Assembly (NCBI GenBank): GCA_965228735.1
Contig: OZ245838.1
Location: 5,696,001 to 5,760,000 of the forward strand
Direction of reading: 5' to 3'
Length of the DNA: 64,000 nucleotides
DNA from: Planctomycetota bacterium
GTDB taxonomy: Bacteria; Planctomycetota; UBA1135; UBA2386
Shown here: one piece after another, positions 53,468 to 64,000 of the stretch
Position numbering within the stretch: position 1 is the stretch's first letter
Layout: the number at the start of each line of letters is the position of its first letter
The notes under the pieces: model-generated
The model's database searches: none
The model's input: only the letters and a program-made list of their open reading frames with translations
What the model was told of the DNA's origin: nothing
Program-made: the position numbers and the translations under genes

Positions 53468-55171
53468 TCAGCTGCCGATCTGCGCCATCACATCGTCGAC
53501 GAGCCCCTGCAGCGTCTGCGCCGTGAGGTCGAAGCGGATGCCCGCCGACTCGACGATCTCCGGCAGCGGGCGGGTGCCGCCGAGCGCGAGTGCCCGCCGG
53601 TAGTTCTCGATCGCTTTCTTCGGATCCTGGCGGTAGTTGCGCCACACCTGCAGCGCGCAGATCTGCGCGATGCCGTACTCGATGTAGTAGAACGCGTGGT
53701 TGAAGAGGTGCGTCTGCGCGATCCACTGCATCGCCTGCGCCTCCTCGAGTCCGGTCCAGTCGACCGCGCCGCCGAAGCGTCGGCGGATGTCGAGCCACGC
53801 CGTGCGACGCTCGTCGCGCGAGTGGTTGGGGTTGCCGTAGACCCAGTGCTGCAGCGCATCGATCGATGCGATCCACAGCAGCGTGCGCAGCACGCCCTCG
53901 AGGTGCTTCTTGTAGGCCCGTTCCGCGGCGGCCGGGTCGTAGGCGGCCTCGAGGTGCTCGAGCCCGAGCAGCTCCATGCTCATGCTCGCGGTCTCGGCGA
54001 TCTCGATGCAGTAGTCGCGGAACGCGAGCACGTCGAGGTCGCGGCAGAGCAGCGAGTGGAACGCATGCCCGCCCTCGTGCAGCAGCGTCTGCACGTCCTG
54101 GTGCAGGCCGACGCCGTTGCAGAAGATGAACGGCAGCCTTACATCCTCGAGCTGGTACTGGTAGCCGCCGGGCGCCTTCCCCGGGCGGCTGATCAGATCG
54201 AGCATGTCGCGTTCGACGAGCACGTCGAATTCGTCGCGGAAGCGCGGGTCGACGGCCGCGAAGATCTTGCGGCAGATCTCGATGATCTCGTCCTGCGTCG
54301 AGAACGGGCGCAGGGGCGGGCGGCCTTCGGGGTCGACCTCGAGATCCCACGGGCGCAACGCGGGGAGTTCGAGCTGCTCCGCCCGCCGTTGATCGAGCTT
54401 GGCGACGGCCGGCGCGACGCACTCGGCGATCGCGTCGTGCAGCGCGCGGCACGTGCGCTCGTCGTAGTCGTAGCGGCCGAGTTCCTGGAAGCGGTACTGG
54501 GTGTACGACTGGAAGTCGGCGTTGCGCGCGATCTTGGTGCGCAGCTCGATCAGCTCGTCGTAGATGTCCTCGAGCTCGTCCCAGTGCGCCTTGCGCGCGG
54601 CGAGCGCCGCGCGGAACGCCGCCTCGCGCACGCTCCGGTCCGCGTTGTCGAAGTAGCTCGCGAGCTGCTGCAGCGTCCGCGTCTCACCATCGAACTCGAC
54701 CGTGATGCCGCCCATGATCGCCTGCTGCCGCGTCTGCAGCTCGGCCTCGCGTTGCTGCAGCTCCGTGTTCTCCGCGCGGAAGATCTCGCTCTGCGTGCGC
54801 CGCTGCCGGATCAGGGTCTCGTACTTCCGCTGATCGAGCGCACCGAGCGCTGGGCACGAGAGGAAGTGCTTGTCGAGCGCGTCGGCGAGCACGCGCACGC
54901 GCGGCATCACCTGTTGCTCCATCTCCAGGTAGGCGGCCTTCTTCGCCTCGCTGTTCGTGTCGCACGTCATCGCGACGTAGCGCCGCGCCTGCTCGGCGCC
55001 GATGCGAGCGAGCAGTTCGCTCTCGTCTCGCAGCCAGCGTTCGAGCGCCTCTCTGTCCTGGAGCGGGCGTTGCTGCAGCTCGGCCAGCAGCGGTTCGATC
55101 GCCGGCAGCGCGCCGGCGTCGAAATCTTCGGGCACGTAGTGCCAGGTCGGAGCGGTCAGTTCGATCGCCAA
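53468..55171 (-). CDS. M3 family oligoendopeptidase F-like
   Basis: LLHEGGH, EIAETASM, PWD, GKAPGGY. TTG start behind a GGAGG RBS. Confidence 0.9.
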   Translation of the reverse strand: MAIELTAPTWHYVPEDFDAGALPAIEPLLAELQQRPLQDREALERWLRDESELLARIGAEQARRYVAMTCDTNSEAKKAAYLEMEQQVMPRVRVLADALDKHFLSCPALGALDQRKYETLIRQRRTQSEIFRAENTELQQREAELQTRQQAIMGGITVEFDGETRTLQQLASYFDNADRSVREAAFRAALAARKAHWDELEDIYDELIELRTKIARNADFQSYTQYRFQELGRYDYDERTCRALHDAIAECVAPAVAKLDQRRAEQLELPALRPWDLEVDPEGRPPLRPFSTQDEIIEICRKIFAAVDPRFRDEFDVLVERDMLDLISRPGKAPGGYQYQLEDVRLPFIFCNGVGLHQDVQTLLHEGGHAFHSLLCRDLDVLAFRDYCIEIAETASMSMELLGLEHLEAAYDPAAAERAYKKHLEGVLRTLLWIASIDALQHWVYGNPNHSRDERRTAWLDIRRRFGGAVDWTGLEEAQAMQWIAQTHLFNHAFYYIEYGIAQICALQVWRNYRQDPKKAIENYRRALALGGTRPLPEIVESAGIRFDLTAQTLQGLVDDVMAQIGS

Positions 55172-55392
55172 GTGGAGTTCCTCCCGGATGCCGGGTGTTG
55201 GCAGGGACTGCCTCAACTTAGGGCAGCCGCGGTTCTGACTCCAAGACATTGAGTGGTCCGAGTGACCTGCCAGCAGGACACTTCGAATGTCCGAAGTCCT
55301 TTAAAAATCAGCATCAATGGCAGAACGACCGCGGCACGCTCGTTGCCGTTCTGCGCTGAGGACCGGGAACTCCCCTGACCCGGAGCAAGACC

Positions 55393-55869
55393 ATGAACAC
55401 CCGACTCGCCCTGTTGCTGCTGTCCCTCGCCGTGCCCGCGCTGACTCTCGCCGGCTGTACGCGCAGCCGCGGCCCGAACCGCGGCGCGCCCGTCGCGCAG
55501 ACGTCGCGCCCGGTGTCGATCGAGGTCGAGGTCTACGATCCGGCCACGAACTTCGTGTGGGAGGGCGTGTCCGTGCGCATCGTCGAGGCCGACAACGAGT
55601 GGTCGGGCTGCCTCTGCATGAGCCCCTACGTCGATTGGTATCTGACGGATGTGAACGGCCGCGTGTTCCTCGACGAGTTCCTCATCGCGGACGCGGAGGT
55701 CGGGCTGCTCGAGGACACCTCGGGCCGCGCGATCCTGAGCCCCGCACTCGACGAGGACGAGGTGTGGATCACGCTCGAGATCGACGCGATCGGCTTCACC
55801 CCGGTGGTCGTCGACGTGCCGCTGAGCTGGGACACCCCCGACGTCTTCGTCGAGGTGCCGTTCAACTAA
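55393..55869 (+). CDS. hypothetical acidic lipoprotein
   Basis: GGAG RBS and lipobox LAGC. Confidence 0.75.
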   Translation: MNTRLALLLLSLAVPALTLAGCTRSRGPNRGAPVAQTSRPVSIEVEVYDPATNFVWEGVSVRIVEADNEWSGCLCMSPYVDWYLTDVNGRVFLDEFLIADAEVGLLEDTSGRAILSPALDEDEVWITLEIDAIGFTPVVVDVPLSWDTPDVFVEVPFN

Positions 55870-55897
55870 GTGCAGACAACCGGCTAGGCTCACGCTT

Positions 55898-57223
55898 GTG
55901 AGCCGCGACACCGTCCTCGATCCCGCGCTGCATCGCCGACGGCGGCAGCAATTGCTCGACCGCCTCGGCGATGGACTGCTGCTGGTGCCGACCGCGAAGG
56001 AACGTTCGCGCAATGGCGATGTGACCTACGAGTTCCGGCCCGGCAGCGACTTTCACCACCTGACCGGCTTTCCGGAGCCGGACGCCGTGCTCGCGGCATG
56101 GCGCACCGGTAAAAGGCACCACGCGGTGCTGTTCGTGCGGCCGCGCGACAAGGCGCGCGAGGTCTGGGACGGCAAGCGCTACGGCACGGCGGGTGCCGTG
56201 CGCGCGTTCGGCGTCGACGAGGCGCACCCGATCGGCGAACTGCGGCAACGTCTCCCGGAGCTCGTCGGTGCGCACGACCGGTTGTTCTGCCGTCTCACGG
56301 CGGACGCAGAGTTCGACGATCTGCTGTTCGATGCGTTCCGGCGGCTCGCGCTCGAACGCCGGCGCCGGCAGCCGCCCGCGCACCCGACCATCGTCGATCC
56401 GACCCCGGCGCTCGCGGCGCAGCGCCTGCAGAAGGATGCCGCGGAGCTGGCGGCGCTGCGGCGGGCCGCAGCCGCGACCGCGGCGGGACACACGGCCGCG
56501 ATGGCGGCGGCCCGCCCCGGGCTCTTCGAGTACGAGGTGCAGACGGCGCTCGAGGCCGAGTTCCGGCGCGCGGGCAGTCCGCGCAACGGCTACCCGTCGA
56601 TCGTCGCGAGCGGCCCCAACGCGTGCGTGCTGCACTACCACGAGAACGACCGCAAGCTGAAGCGCGGCGACCTCCTGCTCATCGATGCCGGGGCGGAGAT
56701 CGACGGGTTGACCGCCGATGTGACGCGCACGTTCCCGGTCTCGGGCGAGTTCAGCGACGCGCAGGCCGCGGTCTACGACGTCGTGCTGCGGGCCCAACAG
56801 GCCGGCATCCGCGCGTGCAAGGTCGGCGCGGCCTGGAACGCGGCGCACGCGGCGTGCGTGCGGTCGCTGACGCGTGGCCTCGTGAAGCTCGGCGTGCTGC
56901 GCGGTGAGCCGGCGCGGCTGATCAAGAACGGGGCGTTCCGACCGTACTACATGCACGGCACGAGCCATTGGCTCGGTCGCGACGTGCACGACGTCGGCGC
57001 CTACGAGCGGGGCGACGGCAAGGCCGCGCCGCTCCCTGCGGGCAGCGTGCTCACGGTCGAGCCCGGGCTGTACTTCGCGCCGCGCGACTCCGCGGTGCCG
57101 CGCGAGCTGCGCGGGATCGGCATTCGGATCGAGGACGACGTACTCGTCACGAAGAACGGCCCCGACGTTCTGACGACCGCCGCGCCGAAGTCGATCCGCG
57201 AGGTCGAGCGGGCCTGCCGGTGA
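55898..57223 (+). CDS. pepP: Xaa-Pro aminopeptidase (M24B)
   Basis: DAGAE..ADVTRT, HGTSHWLGRDVHD, TVEPG, RIEDD. Confidence 0.9.
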   Translation: MSRDTVLDPALHRRRRQQLLDRLGDGLLLVPTAKERSRNGDVTYEFRPGSDFHHLTGFPEPDAVLAAWRTGKRHHAVLFVRPRDKAREVWDGKRYGTAGAVRAFGVDEAHPIGELRQRLPELVGAHDRLFCRLTADAEFDDLLFDAFRRLALERRRRQPPAHPTIVDPTPALAAQRLQKDAAELAALRRAAAATAAGHTAAMAAARPGLFEYEVQTALEAEFRRAGSPRNGYPSIVASGPNACVLHYHENDRKLKRGDLLLIDAGAEIDGLTADVTRTFPVSGEFSDAQAAVYDVVLRAQQAGIRACKVGAAWNAAHAACVRSLTRGLVKLGVLRGEPARLIKNGAFRPYYMHGTSHWLGRDVHDVGAYERGDGKAAPLPAGSVLTVEPGLYFAPRDSAVPRELRGIGIRIEDDVLVTKNGPDVLTTAAPKSIREVERACR

Positions 57224-57999
57224 GCACCGCGCGCGAACGCCTGGCCGTGATCGTGCCGCTCAAGGACGAAGCGGCCGGGTTGGCCGCACTGCTGCCCGTG
57301 CTCGAGCGGTTGGGCGCCGAGCTCGCGGATCCGGGTCTCGGGGATCAGGGTCTCGGGGATCAGGGTCTGGGGGATCAGGGTCTCGCGGACGTCGAGTTCG
57401 TGCTCGTCGACGACGGTAGCGAAGACGACACCTGGAACGAACTGCAGCGTCTGTTCGGCGACCGGGCGAACGTGCACTGCGTGCAGCATCCGCAGAACCG
57501 TGGCCTCTCGGCGGCGATTCGCACCGGCATCGCCGCCACCGACGCGCCGCTCTGCGCGTCGATCGACGGCGATCTGTCCTATGACCCGCTCGAGCTCGCC
57601 GCGATGTTGCGGCTCCTGCGTGAGCACGCGGCCGACGTGGTGACGGCGTCGCCCTATCACCGCGCGGGCGGCGTGGACGGCGTGCCGGGCTGGCGGCTGC
57701 TGCTGTCACGCACGTTGTCGGGGTGCTACCGCGTCCTGCTCTGGTCGGACATCCGGACGTGGACGAGCTGCTTCCGCGTCTACCGGCGCGATGCGGTCGT
57801 CGACCTGCCGCTCACGGAGCCCGGCTTCCTCGGCACCGCCGAGTTGCTCGTGCGTGTCCTGCGTCGCGGCGGCGTCGTCGTCGAACACCCGTGCACGCTC
57901 GGCGTCCGGCAGTTCGGCGCGTCGAAGATGCGAATCGTGCGGACGATCCTCGGCCACGTCGGCCTGCTGCTGCGCGTGCTCCTGCGCCGCGTGCGGTAG
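57220..57999 (+). CDS. glycosyltransferase family 2 (DPM-synthase-like)
   Basis: VIVPLKDE, VDDGSED, NRGL, DGDLSYDP. Confidence 0.85.
   Translation: MSTARERLAVIVPLKDEAAGLAALLPVLERLGAELADPGLGDQGLGDQGLGDQGLADVEFVLVDDGSEDDTWNELQRLFGDRANVHCVQHPQNRGLSAAIRTGIAATDAPLCASIDGDLSYDPLELAAMLRLLREHAADVVTASPYHRAGGVDGVPGWRLLLSRTLSGCYRVLLWSDIRTWTSCFRVYRRDAVVDLPLTEPGFLGTAELLVRVLRRGGVVVEHPCTLGVRQFGASKMRIVRTILGHVGLLLRVLLRRVR
57334..57390 (+). repeat. in-frame 15-bp tandem repeat, about 3.8 copies (GLGDQ)
   Basis: GGTCTCGGGGATCAG x2, GGTCTGGGGGATCAG, then a partial fourth copy. Confidence 0.85.
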
Positions 58000-58030
58000 C
58001 GGCGACGGTCGACCGCCGGAACAACCGGCG

Positions 58031-59425
58031 CTACATGCCCGTGCCGCGGAGGACGACGCGCACCGTGTGCGCGATGAGCTTGACGTCCATCCAGAGCGAC
58101 CAGTTGTCGATGTAGTACAGGTCCATCTCGACCCAGCGCTTGAACGACACCTTGTTGCGGCCCCAGACCTGCCACACGCACGTGAGGCCGGGCTTGACCG
58201 AGATGCGGCGGCGCTGCCACCAGGTGTAGCTCACGACTTCACTCGGCATCGGCGGACGCGGTCCGACCAGGCTCATGTCGCCGATCACCACGTTGAGCAG
58301 CTGCGGCAGTTCGTCGAGGCTGAACTTGCGGAGGAAGCGACCGACCGGCGTGATGCGCGGGTCGTTGGGGATCTTGAGCGCGGGGCCGTCCTGGATGCTG
58401 GCGCTGCGCAGCTTCTCCTGCTGGGCCTGCGCGCCGACCGCCATGGTGCGGAACTTCAGGCAGCCGAACGTTTCGCCGCCCTTGCCGACCCGTTCCTGGC
58501 GGAAGAAGATCGGCCCGCGACTCGTGAGCTTGACCGCGAGCGCGCACGCGACGAACGCCGGCAGCAGCGCGATGATGCCGGCGGCGGCGCCCGCGAGGTC
58601 GACGCCGCGCTTCAGGAGCTCCGCGAGCGGGCGGTTGGGCGCCGACTCGACGACGAGGCCCTGACGCGCATCGCCGAGGCGGTCCTCGGTCGCCGTGACG
58701 CCGACCCGCAGGTTCTCGAGCTCGAGGAACGGCGGGAAGTAGTGAATGCCGATGCCGGCCTCGTCGCACATGTCGAACACGCGGTGGACGTCGCCGATCA
58801 CGGTGTGGTCGGTCGGGCAGACGACGGCGAGGTCGCACTCGTTCTCCGCGAGTGCCGGTGCGAGTCGATCGAACGTGCCGAGCTGTCGCAGGTGCGGCAG
58901 CTGGGTGGCGTCTTCCCCGTCGAACGGGACGAAGCCGACGAAATCCACCTCGCCGCGCGCGGGTCGACCGCGCGAGAGGGACCGGGAGCTACTCGAAGCG
59001 CCGACGAGGACCGCGCGGCGGCGGCCGCTGCCGGCGACGAGTGGTGTCCGCATCAGCCCCAGGCGAACGAGCGTCAGCAGGCCGAGGCCGTAGCCGAGCG
59101 CGAGCCAGATCGAGAGGTGCGGGTGCTGCAGCACCGTGACGGTCACGAGGCCCGCGACACCCCAGGTCAGGGTCCAGGCCTCGACGAGCGTGCGCAGCGT
59201 GCCCTTCAGGTTCTGCCCGGCGCTCAGCGGGTTGGCGCCGAGGCGCGGTGCGACGAGCAGCCAGACCGTCAGGAACAACAGCAGGTGCGCGATCGCTTCG
59301 AACGCGGTGTCGGTTCGCGTTGCGCCAGCGCGGCCCTGCCATACGCCGGCCAGTAACAAGGCCGTGGCGATGCAGGCGAAATCGACCATCAGGCCGACAA
59401 CGCGGTGGTGACGAGAGCTGGACAT
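58031..59425 (-). CDS. priming sugar transferase (WcaJ-like polyprenyl-phosphate glycosylphosphotransferase)
   Basis: N-terminal TMs. KFRTM, DPRIT, SLDELPQL, GDMSLVGPRP, KPGLT. Confidence 0.9.
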   Translation of the reverse strand: MSSSRHHRVVGLMVDFACIATALLLAGVWQGRAGATRTDTAFEAIAHLLLFLTVWLLVAPRLGANPLSAGQNLKGTLRTLVEAWTLTWGVAGLVTVTVLQHPHLSIWLALGYGLGLLTLVRLGLMRTPLVAGSGRRRAVLVGASSSSRSLSRGRPARGEVDFVGFVPFDGEDATQLPHLRQLGTFDRLAPALAENECDLAVVCPTDHTVIGDVHRVFDMCDEAGIGIHYFPPFLELENLRVGVTATEDRLGDARQGLVVESAPNRPLAELLKRGVDLAGAAAGIIALLPAFVACALAVKLTSRGPIFFRQERVGKGGETFGCLKFRTMAVGAQAQQEKLRSASIQDGPALKIPNDPRITPVGRFLRKFSLDELPQLLNVVIGDMSLVGPRPPMPSEVVSYTWWQRRRISVKPGLTCVWQVWGRNKVSFKRWVEMDLYYIDNWSLWMDVKLIAHTVRVVLRGTGM

Positions 59426-59824
59426 GGCGTGGCAAGTGGTCGCCGAGCGAGGCTCGACGATCTCCCCTGGATCGTTACTAGAGTGGTCGGTTCGTGAGGC
59501 TACCGGTGAGGTCGTATCTTTCTGCGACTTCCGCCAGCCGCCGGAACATCGGCGGGCGAGCCGCGCTGTTGCAGGAATCGTCAGGACGACCGCAAGTGCA
59601 CGCGTATTTTCCGCCAAGCTGCCGCCGTCTTTTCCGATTCCCGAGTGCCGGGGACCCGATTCTCCGAACCGCCGGCGCGACCGCGAACCGTCGTTGCGGT
59701 CGACAGAATCCTGCACTCACGAGTATCGGGGTCGCGACGCGCGGCACCTGGACGGTCCTCAGTCGCTGACGCAAACTCCCGTTCGGGCTCGGGACCCCGA
59801 GCCCAGTCCGCCGGAACGCCCACC

Positions 59825-62272
59825 GTGTCATTGCCTCGCACCTCGTTCGTTCTTTTCGCTGCGGCCGCATTCTCGTGCAGCGCGGCGCCCGTCCTGGCCC
59901 AGTCCGCCCGCGAACGCGTCGAGCAGCTCGAGCGCGAGCTCGACGAGCTCCGCGCGGAGCTCGCGCGGCTGCGCGGTTCCGAGGACGCGACCGGCGCGAC
60001 CTCGCCCGCGCGGCGGATGCGCTGGTTCGAGGACCATCGCGCGATGGTCGCGGCGTCGCCGCACCAGAAGCTGCGGTGGCACTTCCTCGGCCCCGACAAC
60101 GTGAGCGGTCGGATCACCGACATCGCGTCGCCGCTGCCGCGCGGCCGCAGCCCCGTGCTCTACGCGGCGACGGCGAGCGGCGGCGTGTGGAAGACGGTCA
60201 ACGAGGGCACGACCTGGGAGCCGATCTTCGATCACGAAGCAACGGCGTCGATCGGTGACGTCACGATCGACCCGTCGGATCCGGACACGATCTGGGTCGG
60301 CACGGGCGAGGCCAACATCTTCCGCAGCTCGATGGCCGGGTGCGGCGTCTACCGTTCGCAGGACGCGGGCGCGACGTGGCAGCACCTCGGTCTCGCCGCG
60401 ACGCACACGATCGCGCGCATCGTCGTCGATCCGACCGACGGCGACACGGTCTGGGTCGCGGCGTCGGGTCACGAGTGGACCGACAACGAAGAACGCGGGG
60501 TCTACAAGACGACCAACGGCGGCAAGACGTGGCAGCGCGTCCTGTTCATCGACGAGCGCACCGGCGCGATCGATCTCGTGATGGACCCGCGCGATCCCGC
60601 GGTCGTCTACGCGGCGACGTGGCAGCGCATCCGCAAGCGCTGGAACGACCCGCGCCAGGAGGACGGCTACGACGGCGGCGGCATCTACAAGACCACCGAC
60701 GGCGGCGTGAGCTGGCAGCCGATGCACGACGGGCTGCCCGCGGCCGAGCACCGCGGCCGCATCGGCATCGACCTGTGCACGGCGCATCCCGACACGGTCT
60801 ATGCGTTCATCGACAACTACGAGCTCGCGGGCGAGGCGCCGCCGGCCGACGAAGAGGACTCCTACGGCCGCGCCAAGCTGCGTTCGATCGAGGGCGCGCA
60901 GATCTACCGCTCGGACGACGGCGGCAAGTCGTGGCGCAAGACGAGCAAGTCCGACCGCTTCATGCGCGGGGCCTGCAGCACGTATGGCTGGGTGTTCGGT
61001 CAGGTGCGCGCGCACCCGGTCGACCCCGACACCGTCTACATGATGGGGCTCGGGCTCAGCGTGTCGCACGACGGCGGGGAGAGCTGGCAACGCCTGCGCG
61101 GCATGCACGGCGATCACCACGCGCTGTGGATCGATCCCGAGCAGCCGGACTACCTGGTGAACGGCAACGACGGCGGCATCGCGATGTCGTGGGACGGCGG
61201 CAAGAACTGGCGCACCTCGTACGAGACGCTGCCGGCCGTGCAGTTCTACAACGTCGGCGTCGACATGGCGGAGCCGTTCCACGTCTACGGTTCGATCCAG
61301 GATCACGGCAGCCGGCGCGGCACGGTCGTGATCTCGCGCAACCGCAAGCGCATCACGGGGCGGGACTGGCAGGGCTGCCCCGGCGGCGAGGCGTCGATCC
61401 ACGCGGTCGATGCGACGCAGACGATGCTCTACAGCGAGGGCTTCTACGGCAGCATCAACCGCACGGAGCTCGCGACCGGCAAGCGCGCGCGGATCAAGCC
61501 GCAGCCGGGCAAGGGCGAGCCCGAACTGCGCGGCCAGTGGCTCGCGCCGTTCCTCGTCTCGCCGCACAACCCGCGCATCGTCTACCACGGGATGAACAAG
61601 CTGTTCCGGACGCTCGATCAGGGCGACCACTGGACGTGCATCAGCCCGGACCTGAGTTACGCGGATCCGAACCAGCTCGGCGACATCCCGTACCAGACGA
61701 TCTTTTCGATCGCCGAGTCGCACCAGACGTTCGGCGTGCTCTACGTCGGCACCGACGACGGCCGGCTGTGGCGCACGATGGACAGCGGCGGCAACTGGAC
61801 GGAGATCACCGCGGGTCTCGCGGAGCGCCGCTGGATCTCGCGCGTCGAGGCGTCACGGTTCGCGAGCGGCACGATCTACGTCGCGCAGAACGGCAAGCGC
61901 AACGACGACTTCACGCCCTACCTCTGGCGATCGACGGATCACGGTGACACCTGGCAGGACATCGCCGCCGGCATCCCGGGTGCGCCGATCAACGTCGTGC
62001 GCGAGGACCCGCAGGATCCGTCGATCCTCTACGTGGGCACCGACCTCGGCGCCTACGTCAGCACGGACACGGGCCGCACCTGGAACGTGCTCGGCGGCAA
62101 CCTGCCGACGACCTACGTGCACGACATGGTCGTGCACCCGCGCGACGACGTGCTCGTGATCGCGACCCATGGTCGCGGGATGTACGCGCTCGACGTGCGG
62201 CCGCTGCGCGAAGAGCCGGAGGCCGAGACCTCGGTCGAAGAGGGCGGCGCGGGCGCGAGCGGCGGGCGGTAG
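59825..62272 (+). CDS. secreted VPS10/BNR-repeat beta-propeller protein
   Basis: LGPDNVSGR, Asp-boxes, HGDHH. N-terminal coiled coil. GTG start inferred. Confidence 0.9.
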   Translation: MSLPRTSFVLFAAAAFSCSAAPVLAQSARERVEQLERELDELRAELARLRGSEDATGATSPARRMRWFEDHRAMVAASPHQKLRWHFLGPDNVSGRITDIASPLPRGRSPVLYAATASGGVWKTVNEGTTWEPIFDHEATASIGDVTIDPSDPDTIWVGTGEANIFRSSMAGCGVYRSQDAGATWQHLGLAATHTIARIVVDPTDGDTVWVAASGHEWTDNEERGVYKTTNGGKTWQRVLFIDERTGAIDLVMDPRDPAVVYAATWQRIRKRWNDPRQEDGYDGGGIYKTTDGGVSWQPMHDGLPAAEHRGRIGIDLCTAHPDTVYAFIDNYELAGEAPPADEEDSYGRAKLRSIEGAQIYRSDDGGKSWRKTSKSDRFMRGACSTYGWVFGQVRAHPVDPDTVYMMGLGLSVSHDGGESWQRLRGMHGDHHALWIDPEQPDYLVNGNDGGIAMSWDGGKNWRTSYETLPAVQFYNVGVDMAEPFHVYGSIQDHGSRRGTVVISRNRKRITGRDWQGCPGGEASIHAVDATQTMLYSEGFYGSINRTELATGKRARIKPQPGKGEPELRGQWLAPFLVSPHNPRIVYHGMNKLFRTLDQGDHWTCISPDLSYADPNQLGDIPYQTIFSIAESHQTFGVLYVGTDDGRLWRTMDSGGNWTEITAGLAERRWISRVEASRFASGTIYVAQNGKRNDDFTPYLWRSTDHGDTWQDIAAGIPGAPINVVREDPQDPSILYVGTDLGAYVSTDTGRTWNVLGGNLPTTYVHDMVVHPRDDVLVIATHGRGMYALDVRPLREEPEAETSVEEGGAGASGGR

Positions 62273-62302
62273 GCCGCCCGTGCAGTCACCCGACGGCGCC
62301 TC

Positions 62303-62638
62303 CTAGTACGGACTGTCGAGCATGTCCCAGATGATCTGCTCGACGTCGGGCTCGCACTTGCCGGTCAGCTTCGCCACCGGTTCGCCGTCGCCCTTGATGT
62401 GGGCGGCGATCGCGGGGAGGTCGGCTTCGGTGACCTCGCTGTAGAAGACCTTGTCCGGGTAGAGCGTCACGTTGATCCCCTGCTCGCACGCGCCGAAGCA
62501 CGGGTAGCGCCGGATCTTGATCTTCTCCTCGCCCGGGTCGAACTCGGCGACGAGGTCCTTGAGCTTGTCGTGGAGGTCACCGCTGCCCCTCTCGGTGCAG
62601 TCGCCGCCTTCGCAGACGTAGCAGAGTCGATTGGTCAT
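62303..62638 (-). CDS. thioredoxin-like [2Fe-2S] ferredoxin
   Basis: VCEGGDC..RG ... CFGACEQG..YPD..FYSEV (C-x4-C...C-x3-C). Confidence 0.85.
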   Translation of the reverse strand: MTNRLCYVCEGGDCTERGSGDLHDKLKDLVAEFDPGEEKIKIRRYPCFGACEQGINVTLYPDKVFYSEVTEADLPAIAAHIKGDGEPVAKLTGKCEPDVEQIIWDMLDSPY

Positions 62639-62675
62639 TCGGTCGCTCTCGGCTTTCGTGGTGGTGGCCCGGACT

Positions 62676-64000
<1,325 letters not shown>

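Noticed and set aside
57220..59425. Exopolysaccharide operon
   Set aside because: Only two convergent glycosyltransferases, with no wzx, wzy or wzc in the window.

Overview
High-GC bacterial chromosome segment (about 70% GC by eye, not computed). It is most likely from Planctomycetota, inferred from TIGR02999-type ECF sigma factors paired with Ser/Thr kinases, an ECF with a long C-terminal extension, and many secreted beta-sandwich proteins. About 50 CDS can be supported, and most long overlapping ORFs in the track are GC-rich shadow frames. The window opens in a 4-hydroxybenzoyl-CoA reductase-like pair (hcrA partial, hcrB). It closes in benzoyl-CoA epoxidase boxB (partial), followed by a thioredoxin-like [2Fe-2S] ferredoxin. 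Between these lie three consecutive secreted proteins sharing an unnamed C-terminal motif (one with an exact 585-nt repeat period), two ECF-kinase modules, two VPS10/BNR proteins, tandem paralog pairs, peptidases, GH20, glycosyltransferases and housekeeping genes. An intergenic palindromic repeat family (core GAACCNGGTWCSGTAC, at least 8 copies) forms two long REPIN-like inverted doublets. I found no rRNA, tRNA, CRISPR array or transposase. All assignments come from motif recognition, not database searches.
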